A DNA stretch of 64,000 nt, from the NCBI GenBank assembly GCA_003707115.1, contig PPNB01000001.1:124001-188000 (forward strand), read 5' to 3'. Under the pieces are notes generated by a model, which worked only from the letters and a program-made list of their open reading frames with translations, was not told where the DNA came from and made no database searches. The first letter of the stretch is position 1. Every line of letters starts with the position of its first letter. Of the stretch, positions 23,201 through 31,576 are shown piece after piece. A program made the position numbers and the translations under genes. Source of the stretch: Tortispora ganteri. Lineage: Eukaryota.

Positions 23201-23471
23201 TACGCAATACTTCTCAACTGTTTTGCTCTCGTTATTCAACGGAACCTGGCATGGCCATAAGAAGCAAGAAGTGCAAGAACAAATTACTCGTGTTCTATTA
23301 GAGAGAGTTATTTGCAGTCGTCCTCACCCTTGGGGAGTTCTTGTTACATTCACAGAACTTTTGAAAAATCCTATTTACCAATTTTGGAATCTTGGATTCA
23401 TCAGAAGTTCGACTGAAGTTGAGAAACTATTTGGAACGCTCTACAATCACATTAGCATTCCAGCAGCATGA
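17298..23471 (+). CDS. NOT1: CCR4-NOT scaffold Not1; proposed CUG start at 17298, first AUG at 17805
   Basis: LFDEYRFFPQYP, LKNLASWLG, FKPPNPWT, QLRYPNSHT and RPHPWG motifs. The frame is open from at least 17232, with no ATG until 17805. Confidence 0.93.
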   Translation: MDFSSREVIAAQVCLLVNQPERSPSESVDFKSIFELLATVDLETYQVVLDRVISRIDCSVLPEQLTPAEVFLKTELSRAKLDKQIALIWCSLIDNYLSSTPLSLGVYLLFKRCFFEHLPAIFALSGRTSHYKALVASLASQVSEAQFDYIDNSQLTAQIQTDKVSDDSNMPTSRIDKIREAGPTLLKNHDFFIKELTADGSLTTMELATVLSFTTFEHSWSGMSLGACLRTAFPRENWPLIVAHLDKVPDFAVRSPQDLANMFVALQAIAPDSTLIHTFLTVRWSNAVLRNAILQQIFLLSPEDFNFADTNLVKVVSSYEFPANDHRFDMEISRLRPEVLNILDVIRFLFDCANERAHNEIAATILDRSVKILPELIFIGALKCPKPWTPLQDRAITSLFDLFFSGHPSEVFVFSILFNIDESFLLNMFVDLFSRTSTVMPRIVEISQEIDRVEEIARCKSLGFSIEFACVAAGRNALALNTFLLERYELLGETFVNALLMFLDVRSSQDYSDLQSNRDSVTILSLPVVSFCLAFLSSLSLGPEQIEKLQIIQTQCLQTYSRLVNWGQGFDDVILMNSKSNSFSPFIEREMKESYQKLYEQQMTIGDFIIYLQSLKESRDPTDQDVFACMIHSLFDEYRFFPQYPVSALATTAVLFGSLIQYRLIDGIALSVAFRYILDALKESPDSNMYKFSLQALLQFQMRLPEFPEFCSVLAQVLTLDMLQPQLYEKIREISLSYNKIAASDSSVPVLAPTSIFSCVNVRPDTSGILDEAEAIDDKVLLIMNNVSKSNIDVKVKDLVEILDIRQFRAFSKYLVERVKFEPNNQKLYSQICFAIANPLLDYKILRETYVAILNLMSSDNITSSSTERNHLKNLASWLGMITLAQNRPILHKNVSFKDLLIQGYNSDKLMVVLPFACKALEHTASSIIFKPPNPWTMGILKLLVEFHRYANLKLNLKFEIEVLFKVLKLDIDDLDPSTSLRETLAVREQVEATIAASSITKGMDNLSLQRMDQAPLSPSSRSAIAAEPSFSSQALLAARFEISGSSVFATQPPMKKVFILALEKTVREVIDPVIERSISVACVTSRCLIAKDYALESDEKKLMDVSSRLVQRLASSLSMVTNLEGFHAALEINIRAILLSSGVPEPSIPADSVSMAVNDNAATILAIIDAAVKSRAAQEVNEVIIPLISARVQHREKHPDEPFIDPVISKFSLTLPEPLSLSLSSGPSLQSRIYENLGQQPAGTQSVRQGVNTFSPGNVESIIQPYTQSPKSNNFAALLEGAHGDPKIANLPDGVNDELAAIDQIMATVDNVVKEAVAQVSTHLEQLCEFCKTRFSKDISISELPDEGPVKNGVALIINTINDFVSHPAAVELFALKCSETIINMLFTYYDVRIDREMVAFCLDRLCDLSPGVTRDIIRWLVESKDERKYNVPAILTLIEGGFVSPPEFDVLICDQISDENPLAVSFICDLISESVLSTPPIALRTDFTACLQALYEYHMIRPNNAKVSGLFEALSNAKHTLNDAPPGLSKQIIREEMGVVFAEWIRLTQHPAQTSKLLNIFIYQMIEEGVFSNLESLSLFYRVGVEMAVDGFIKVQDGRTGSDEVYIPIDAMAKLIVRSLCVIDSSENSLGVSGYFKVVLAVVTAVFAHRHESMGASFNEKPFFRLFSSMFSEWSALASPSLPNPGIDDYEFYEQISNTLKSIQPIAFPGFTFAWLSLISHRSFMPIILSFPNCSGFPYMFGLMEAALKFFRLYLIPETMPNSVKVVYKGFLRIVLLLLHDCPEFLVGYHYELCALVPSECTQLRNMFLCAFPKAMTLPNPFTPDIKMENIAGISKSPFILGDYVSILSKTKTKRCVDDIILNRDVTPGKISPLLESLRIPQHDEPGLGFNKISTSSLAVNALMVYLGVLATSDFRSTYANDDRSKLNVHGIQYLIISKIIEYSGWEESYFLLSAMVNQLRYPNSHTQYFSTVLLSLFNGTWHGHKKQEVQEQITRVLLERVICSRPHPWGVLVTFTELLKNPIYQFWNLGFIRSSTEVEKLFGTLYNHISIPAA

Positions 23472-25371
23472 AGAGCGTATGCATGATTTAGTATAAATTG
23501 CATGTGACTTATTACTACCGAAGTGATGTTTTATCTTCAGTAGTGGCATAAGTCTGAATCTATAACTGATTGAATTTTATATAATATGATCTAATATAAC
23601 ATATATCACGTGATAGGGTAGTCTTGAGGTGTCTTTAAAAGTTTCTGTACTTCATCTACGACCTACCTGATTTGGCGATGTGTGCTAATAATGTTGCTGT
23701 GAATTAGCCGATATTGTTTGAGAGTTTAAGCGGTCTCTGCAGGCTTAGAAGTGATACTGAGTAGAGAACAGATCTATGATGCAGTTATATAAGAGCAAAA
23801 ACAGCAGTCGCACTGCGGAGACACCGAAATGTACAGCACCAAAAAGAACGCAACTGGTGCTACTATTGAGTATCAGCGAAACTCTAACGGACGGGTCTAT
23901 GTTAATGCATGCGGAGCGCTTATGTTTTTATGACTGAATGGCTATCACTGGACCAATTGCCAATGATGTGTTTTAGTGGAATATATGCAAGCAATAACTA
24001 AATCTTTAAGCAAAGATACAGCAAATGAAAAATTCAAGGCAGGCTTATCATTAAGCGAGCGGCAAACCCTAATAAGGAAATTTAGCAGGTTTGGAACTAC
24101 TACTACTACCACGGAAACAAAACTATGTTAGCTCGGTTAGATGTTAAACTCAACGAGATCAGTAAATGGTGAAATGGAATTTTTGACATGATGTCCGCAA
24201 ATTCAAGCGAGACACTGGATAAGTTCATCTACTCACTGTCTGCTGTTGTTTCCCGAAACGTTGATCGAAAAGTGTGAAGCTTTGACATATGTTGGCCGGA
24301 TGATGAGGTCCGAGTTGCTAGCCAGCAATAGTAGCGTGAGCTCCTCCTTCAGTGTGCTTGAGATACCGCTGGCGCTCTTCTATACTTTAGCACATGTATT
24401 CAGACAAACATCAATCAGTTAACTAGAAATTTTGAGGGTAAGTGACATAAATCGAATAATGAAATATCAGGCAGAAGTATTCGTGGTCCTTTAGTGAATC
24501 AATAGAGTTCAAAACTTGAGTATCTCATAATTAAAGATCATATACCCGTAGTTAACGGGCAAGCCACTATTGCGATCGAAATACATGCAAGCATGCAGAC
24601 TCACAGTCATAGCTAGTTGTAAAGGCGAAATGAGACAGAATATGTTGTGGCAACTTTTTAAATTAAACTGCTAGATAATTGAGATGCTGAGGAAGTGATG
24701 CGAGCTTGAGGCTTTGACCTAATGGGGTTGGGTCGTAAGCTTTTACGGTGACTTTTAGCAACGTCGGGGTTTGTATCACACTAGTACACGAAGAAAATCT
24801 TTGTTTGGTCGAATTTAATCATTAACTGCAACCGCTGAAAGAACAATGCAAAGATATAGAATTAGTGTGAGCTTCCTTATTGGCGCTGTTATCGCTTCTC
24901 TCACTAGAAGGCGGGAAGCGCTGGGCTACTCTTGCTTTTGACCGGAAACTAATTTAAGGTTTGCGCTTTACAAGAAGAATTGCCAACTGGTTTTGGCGTT
25001 AAAGAGCTTAACAATTTTAATAGGGTTAAAGTTACATTAAACCAATCAGGTTTATCGATTATTTCAATGTCGTTTTACTATTGGCGTGTTTCCGAACAAT
25101 TGATCCCAATAGGTGGGAAAGATACTTCGTGGTTGGCAGTAGTCCCACCCATTCCCCTTACTTTATTATCTTTCTCTCCTTACTTATTCCCTTTCCCAGG
25201 ACATATTCCCACAGAAGTGTCGAAGAGTTACTATTATTAATTCTTCCTTCTTCCCGCCACCTTTCTGTTATTATTTTTTTGTCGGCCTTTTATTTTGATC
25301 GCCGCATAATAAAAATTATTTTCCTTTAAAAAATTTCCTATCTCCTGCACTCCTTTATTCCTATCCAATTG

Positions 25372-26584
25372 GTAAGTATCCTCCCTACTGCATGTCATCA
25401 TTTAGATATCTGGCCCGCCCCCGTTCGCTTCCCGAAATATGTCTTCACCTGCTCAACCACAATACCCGCTGGTCTATAGCTTTTTAATATCCACTCAACG
25501 ATATGTCGTAATACATAAATATGGTTTGTCTATTTCTTATTTCTATCTAGTCTGCAGGACTTTTTCGCACGCACTTCTTAACACCTATTTCCCGTCAGTT
25601 TGACTCTACGTGATTGGCCATACCTCAAATTTATCGAATGTTCGAATCATCAGCACTTATTCAACTAGATGAAAAAGAAACTTGATAAAATTCATAACTG
25701 TCTCATCTCGAGCCCGTTTTACATATTTCTTTCCTTCTTGCATATTCGAGTTCTTATCTTTCACGTTTTCCGAAGTCGTGCCCTAGTGAAACTAACTACG
25801 TTTCCTTATTTACAGTTGTTGAAGCTTTATAAGCCGGCAATATGTGTGAATCAACCTTTTTAGTTAGTTTATCTCTAAACAGCTGAAAGACAGAAATTTA
25901 AGACGGAACTGAAACCGAACTTCGCGATGTGTCGGGCCTCGCATCCTTTCTCAACCCATTTTGCCGCTCGTACAACCGAGAAATTTGAGTTTTCGGACAA
26001 GTCGATAGAAGTCGAATTCGGCGCTAGAGATGAATGAATACTATTTTGCGAAGACAGATTAATTTATATTTTCCGAGATATCCGTCACTTTGCTTTTGAA
26101 CCGGCTAATAAATCATCGCTCCGCACCGGTTCCCTTGAAGAATACTCCAGTATCTGCTCCGTATACTTCATTATTTCAATGCACCACCGGGTTTCTCCAG
26201 ATTATCTTGCTCCTTGGCGCGGCCTTATTGCTCGGATGCTCTTTTATCTTTTTTTCGCTATCGTATAATGTTCATCAACAATGTGGAAGGTTCCGAAGAA
26301 CTGTCCGATTTTTGACCCTTGTGGATCGGATCTCCTTCAGTTTCTACCATTTCTGCTTTCACTGCTAGCCAGCGATTTGATTATATATAAACTCCTATGC
26401 TTTAAGTGTCAACGTCTCTAACCTTGGTTGAAGTATTACTTTGTTTCAGATAGACTTTGGCTATTTCAAGGGTTCGCTATAAGGGTCTCCCCGGACATAA
26501 GAACTGATTCACATACCGTTTGAATCTGCAGTATATCATCCTCTGGTATTATCATTGAAATTCAAACAATACTAACCAATACAG
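25372..26584 (+). other. Probable long 5'UTR intron of SFP1 (1213 nt)
   Basis: GTAAGT donor at 25372, perfect TACTAAC at 26570, and CAG acceptor ending at 26584, 26 nt before the ATG. Confidence 0.5.
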
Positions 26585-26610
26585 AAAATCACAACATCAT
26601 TTTCAGCGAT

Positions 26611-27402
26611 ATGATGCCTGCGCCTATAGATATCGCGCAGCATTCTCGATCTTCCCATCAAAGGTTTCGAAGGGAGTCGATGGCACATTCGCAAGGAATG
26701 GGAGGCGTTTCCTGGGGTGCTATGTCTGTGGGCTCCTGGCTCAGGGATGAAGTTATAATGGCAAACCTGAGCAACCAGGTACCAGATCCCGCAGTATATC
26801 ACGGTCAGATGAGCACATCACCTTCCCTACATTCTTCTTCTTACCTTCCTCGTATGGAAGCTTCCTTCTGCCGCGACTACAGTTGTTGTGGTAAAACGCT
26901 CCCGACCTTGCACGATCTACTTCGCCACTGTGAAGAATCACATATCGCACCATCTCCTCCTGTGGTAGAACCGCCTATGATGCGTGCAATCCCCAACCTG
27001 GAAGCTGTTTCTACCACAGAAGTGTTTCTTTCTCCAGAATCATCGAACCCTAGCACACCTATGGTCGTAGATGAAGACGAAGACATGTGCATTGATGACC
27101 CAGGGCGTCATTTATACGTTATTGAGCAAGGCGAGAATCGACCGTACAAATGCCCTGTTATAGGGTGCGATAAAACCTATAAGAACCAGAACGGACTCAA
27201 GTATCATCGACAGCACGGTCATCAAAATCAGACTCTTAAGGATAACGATGATGGCACATTTTCAGTTATAGACCCAGTTTCCAATGTTCCGTACATAAAT
27301 GGTTCATTTGAGAAAGACAAGCCGTATCGATGTGATATCTGCGGTAAAAGATACAAAAATCTGAATGGGTTAAAGTATCATAGAGCACATTCAACGCATT
27401 AG
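26611..27402 (+). CDS. SFP1: Split C2H2 zinc-finger transcription factor Sfp1 (compact)
   Basis: [17 protein letters not shown]...GSWLRDE motif, FCRDYSCCG finger, and split fingers [19 protein letters not shown] and [17 protein letters not shown]. Confidence 0.92.
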   Translation: MMPAPIDIAQHSRSSHQRFRRESMAHSQGMGGVSWGAMSVGSWLRDEVIMANLSNQVPDPAVYHGQMSTSPSLHSSSYLPRMEASFCRDYSCCGKTLPTLHDLLRHCEESHIAPSPPVVEPPMMRAIPNLEAVSTTEVFLSPESSNPSTPMVVDEDEDMCIDDPGRHLYVIEQGENRPYKCPVIGCDKTYKNQNGLKYHRQHGHQNQTLKDNDDGTFSVIDPVSNVPYINGSFEKDKPYRCDICGKRYKNLNGLKYHRAHSTH

Positions 27403-28003
27403 CATTCAGATTGATTGTTTGACCACATCTTTTAGTCTTGATTTCGAGATCTGATGCCACCCTCCAATTGAAGGTTTACATAAGGAGAGTGTTTATTGTT
27501 CTGGCTGATTGCTGGTGTTGGTTGTCCTTATTGTTTTTTGGAAAAACTATGTGCGGGTGCATTCTGTAGCTCAACTGCGAACGGAATCAGAAAAGCAGGA
27601 GAAACTAAATAAAAGTCCAGCAAAACAAAACTCGAACCAAGATAAACGTTTCGTTTAACTTAGTTCCTATGCACATTTTACGTTGTGAACAATTTGAGGA
27701 TTTTTGCGGAATCTTTGACTAACTCATTTGATTTTGTATAAAGTGTCGGGTATGTTCTTGGAGTAAGAGATTTGTTTCGCTGTTATTAAAACTGGGATTT
27801 CGGTGATTTATTTAGCACTATAACAGTGTGATTCAATGAATGTTTGTAGACATGGTATGATCTAAAAAGTTGAAATTACTCAGCACAATAAGTAAAGTGA
27901 AATGAATCGAATGATATGTCACATTGTGAAAATTAAAAGCTTATTCTTTTGAACAGCTGTTATGATAATATAGAAAACCTAAGCTAACAAAAGTCTGTGA
28001 ATT

Positions 28004-28098
28004 GTCCCGGTGGCCGAGTGGTTAAGGCGACGCCCTGCTATTTCTAGTAGTCGAGGCGTTGGGTTCTGCCCGCGCAAGTTCGAATCTTGTCCGTGACG
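28004..28098 (+). tRNA. tRNA-Ser(GCT) with 13-nt intron (28041-28053)
   Basis: GTCCCGGTGGCCGAGTGGTTAAGGCGACGCCCT-GCT-A[intron]AGGCGT, long variable arm, GTTCGAATC T-loop, and an oligo-T terminator near 28105. Confidence 0.95.
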
Positions 28099-28423
28099 TA
28101 TTATTTTTTTTGGTGTGTAAGAGCTTGACAATGCTAACGCTGCCAATATCCATCTTTGTCATTTTTTATTATGAGTAATATTATGCTAGATTATTGGTTT
28201 TAATGTACAAGAAGAGATATTCACTTTATTCTGCGTAATTTCAAGCCAATCTACATTAGCTATATCATCGAAATAAAATGTTTTGGGAAAGCATCGATTA
28301 TGCGGAATTTCCGAGTAAGGTTGCGTGTTAAAAGCTAAGACATAATTAAACTAATTTAAATAATGGTAAATTCACTTTCATATCAATTCTTTGCTTACAT
28401 AGATTTTAAAGCACGGAGAAGTT

Positions 28424-29083
28424 ATGAGCTGTCCAGTCGATCATGAAAGACCGTCAACGGCTAATGAATGCCCGGTTGATCATCAAAAACACTCTAAATC
28501 AGAAACTTGCCCGGTAGATCACGGAGCGAGAGAAAAGTGGCTTAAGATGGCGGGCAAAGATCGAAAGCAGAAGTCGTCAGAATTTGTTCTCGATAGCGGG
28601 CGAGAAGTGTCTTCGATACCTAAAGGTGAGAAAGGGCAAGGAAACTGGATATATCCGTCACAAGAACAGTTCTACAATGCATTAGTAAGGAAAAATCGTG
28701 ACGCTAGTCCTGAAGATATGCAAACGATTGTGCCGATTCATAACGCCGTTAATGAGAGAGCCTGGTTTGAGATCATGCGATGGGAAAGAGACTATGATTC
28801 GTCATCTTGCGGTGGACCGAGGCTTATCTCTTTTCAAGGAGATGCATCTAAGCTATCACCTAGAGCTCGATTTAACAAATTATTAGGATACAGTGGCCCG
28901 TTTGATCGACATGACTGGGTAGTTGATCGATGCGGTACTCAAGTTGAGTATGTCATTGATTTCTACGCTGGGCAAGCCAATAATGGCGACTTATCAAAAC
29001 CTTCATTTTATTTAGATGTCCGGCCTAAATTGAACTCAGTCGAAGGAATAAAAATGAGGCTTCGAAGGTTCTTTGGTATGTAA
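28424..29083 (+). CDS. CYT2: Cytochrome c1 heme lyase (holocytochrome synthase)
   Basis: Three CPVDH heme-regulatory motifs, plus WIYPS, IHNAVNERAW, FDRHDWVVDRCG and YLDVRPKLNS. Confidence 0.88.
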   Translation: MSCPVDHERPSTANECPVDHQKHSKSETCPVDHGAREKWLKMAGKDRKQKSSEFVLDSGREVSSIPKGEKGQGNWIYPSQEQFYNALVRKNRDASPEDMQTIVPIHNAVNERAWFEIMRWERDYDSSSCGGPRLISFQGDASKLSPRARFNKLLGYSGPFDRHDWVVDRCGTQVEYVIDFYAGQANNGDLSKPSFYLDVRPKLNSVEGIKMRLRRFFGM

Positions 29084-29174
29084 ATATTTCCCAAGCTACT
29101 TCTGCTTGTTCTGTTTCTTCTACACTTTTTCTCCTTGTTTTTCCGAAGACCCGCCCAACTACACACACATACAC

Positions 29175-29588
29175 ATGAGCAGTACGCGGCAAGTTTCTAG
29201 TATTGAACAACGGACCAATGAAGCTATAAACCAACTATCGACAAAGTTTGTAGATATTATAGAACTGGCCACGTCAGGACGTAAATCGAAAGCCACATCT
29301 GCAGCTGAGTCTTACCAGATTCAATGCGATGTTGAATCTTTGAAACGTGCGAGCAATGAGCTGCTGAATATCACCAAATCTCTAAAAGAGGACTGGATAT
29401 TTAGTAAAATACAACCAGAAATACATTCAGAACAACTAGATGATATTGAAAAAAGGAAAGAACTTATTGATGCCGTATTCGCGAAATACATATCTTCGAA
29501 TCTACCAGCTGAGCTTGGTCTGTTCGCGGGTGTAACTACTTCTTCGACAGAAAATGAGTCAGAAACTAAAAACGATGAAGAAATTTAG
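29175..29588 (+). CDS. SRB6: Mediator subunit Med22/Srb6-like
   Basis: Helical protein with AAESYQI...LKRASNELLNITKSLKEDWIF. ATG at 29175. Confidence 0.65.
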   Translation: MSSTRQVSSIEQRTNEAINQLSTKFVDIIELATSGRKSKATSAAESYQIQCDVESLKRASNELLNITKSLKEDWIFSKIQPEIHSEQLDDIEKRKELIDAVFAKYISSNLPAELGLFAGVTTSSTENESETKNDEEI

Positions 29589-29727
29589 AGAAATACTCAG
29601 CCAAGTTAATGAGAGTATATTAAATTTAGATTAAACTATGACATAACATTATGCAAATATCCGTTTCCTCGGTTTTCATGTCTGCGTTAATACGTTTTTG
29701 CAGTTGAAGCAGCCTAGCGGTATACCT

Positions 29728-31101
29728 TTACCACTGATCCTCTGTCAGGAACTTGACAAATCGGTAAATCAAGCTAAATGTTTCACGGCCAGTAGGTACT
29801 ATTTCAGACTCGGGAAGTAAAAATCCATAATTTCCCATATCCCTTAATTTGATCTGAAATGCAAAGTCAACATGGTGGTGGTACATGTAGTCAATAGCTG
29901 ACCCGCCCATTACGTCTAACGCTCTAAAACCCCCTTGTGAAGCTCCAAATCCTCTTTCTCTGCAAGCGCGATCTACCGCGTAGTATTTGCCTGTGGACAG
30001 ACGAATCGCCTGCGCAAGATTGTACCCCAGCTCCTCTAGGTTTTCCAGGTCGCGCGGGTTCTTGTCGCAAGTGTATGCATAAGGGTACAATATTTCCTCA
30101 GAATACGAATGGAGGTCAAGAAATCCCAATACATCAGCATTTGCGGTAGTGTTCAATAGGAATAAGGTAACTGAACGAGCTTCGTTAGCGCTCATAGGAC
30201 TGCTTCCAGGGTAGAATTCAGAGCATGGAGAGATACCCCACTCAGGTTTGATTTCATACTCTTCAGCAGCATGACCACCCCAATGCCAGTTGAAGTTGCG
30301 GTCTATGTCCACGCCGAAGCAGAAAGGAACAGCAGTAGGCTGGCGGTTTTTTCGCCAGAGTCGGTCAGTATTCCACGAGTACTCGTATCCGTCGACGTTA
30401 ACAACAGGAACAAAGTAGAAGTCAAAGCTTTTGAGCATGTACCGGACATGCCTTGAGGATTCCTGTTTGCGCAGAAGGCGGTCGATAGCAAATAGGCTAG
30501 AAGATACCGATATCCACTCACGACCGTGTTGGCCTGCAGTTATAAAGATTGCCTTGCGTCTTTCTGAAGATGAAAGGTCAAGCGATACTTTCACAGCCCA
30601 TATTTCGCGACCCTCAAAGGATGTACCTATTATTTGGGTGGCCACATTGTTCGGGAATTCTTCTTGGAGTGAGAGCAAATGTGCGTAGACTTTGTTCAAT
30701 GGAAGATAGTGACGAAGAGGTGCATAAGGAGCGACATCTTCTGGGCTAAGTGAAGTCGGGGCAGAAAAATTGATAAGTTCCTGTACATCTGGGATCCAGA
30801 CTTGGAAAGAGTTTGAAAGTTCAGTAGGAAGAAGGGCGAGCATATTCGCCAGAGCAGAATCAGTGACAAGAACGTCGACGTCACTAGATCCTAGTCTCCA
30901 TACATCAATATCCAGAACATCAATGGCCTTCAACAGAGGAGTCCACATCATATGCGAGACATCAAATCTCACGACCTTATACCCGTCATATGATTTATAC
31001 GAGCCGGTAGTGGTTTTGCTGAGGGGGAACTGGAATGGAAGCTGATACGCCGCAGCCAGAGAGAAAATCCAAAAAAATATTAATATTCGTAACTGTGTCA
31101 T
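29728..31101 (-). CDS. ECM14: M14 metallocarboxypeptidase homolog Ecm14 (likely inactive)
   Basis: Signal peptide, HGREWIS, WRKNRQ, GVDIDRNF and DLHSYS. Lys replaces the catalytic Glu (FQIKLRD). ATG at 31101. Confidence 0.88.
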   Translation of the reverse strand: MTQLRILIFFWIFSLAAAYQLPFQFPLSKTTTGSYKSYDGYKVVRFDVSHMMWTPLLKAIDVLDIDVWRLGSSDVDVLVTDSALANMLALLPTELSNSFQVWIPDVQELINFSAPTSLSPEDVAPYAPLRHYLPLNKVYAHLLSLQEEFPNNVATQIIGTSFEGREIWAVKVSLDLSSSERRKAIFITAGQHGREWISVSSSLFAIDRLLRKQESSRHVRYMLKSFDFYFVPVVNVDGYEYSWNTDRLWRKNRQPTAVPFCFGVDIDRNFNWHWGGHAAEEYEIKPEWGISPCSEFYPGSSPMSANEARSVTLFLLNTTANADVLGFLDLHSYSEEILYPYAYTCDKNPRDLENLEELGYNLAQAIRLSTGKYYAVDRACRERGFGASQGGFRALDVMGGSAIDYMYHHHVDFAFQIKLRDMGNYGFLLPESEIVPTGRETFSLIYRFVKFLTEDQW

Positions 31102-31576
31102 TTTCTGAATACGATTATTGAATTTGAAATCTGTTTGCGCATGTATGTTGGCCAATATGAAGTGTAATGTGAGATAATAACATTAACATGTGCGGGTCCA
31201 GCTGGCACTCACCGCCCCCCTTCTTCCCAGCGACGCTTCTTCCCGAGAGCTAAACCTGTCTCAGTCTACAACTATCGTATCATATTAAAAGGACTTCATT
31301 CTGCAACTGTTCCTACTCTTTGAAGGGATTTAGATGCGTATTGATGCTAACAGTTATTAATTTTGATTCTAATTTATAAATTTGAAGGCTGTTAGAAGCT
31401 CTATACCATTATTTTGAGATAATTGATTGGTACAAGACACTGACCTGTCTTGTTGCATGCAACCTTTTGCCATAAGTGACTGTCACAGGACATTAACTCT
31501 ATCTGATAGTATAGTTGATAACGACTCAACAATATCAGCATAGTGTCGTTATCTGCTTGAATTATATCATCTTTTC

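Noticed and set aside
23604..23615. TATCACGTGATA palindrome as a CDEI-like point-centromere element
   Set aside because: No very AT-rich CDEII or CDEIII follows. At most it is a Cbf1/bHLH site.
24980..26368. Several short hydrophobic ORFs upstream of SFP1
   Set aside because: They mostly have non-ATG starts and reflect T-rich UTR or intron composition.
29073..29174. Overlap of the Med22 ORF with the CYT2 stop
   Set aside because: It is an artefact of the TTG start. The true ATG is likely at 29175.
29728..31101. Loss of the catalytic Glu in the carboxypeptidase
   Set aside because: This is a known family property of Ecm14 and is not novel.
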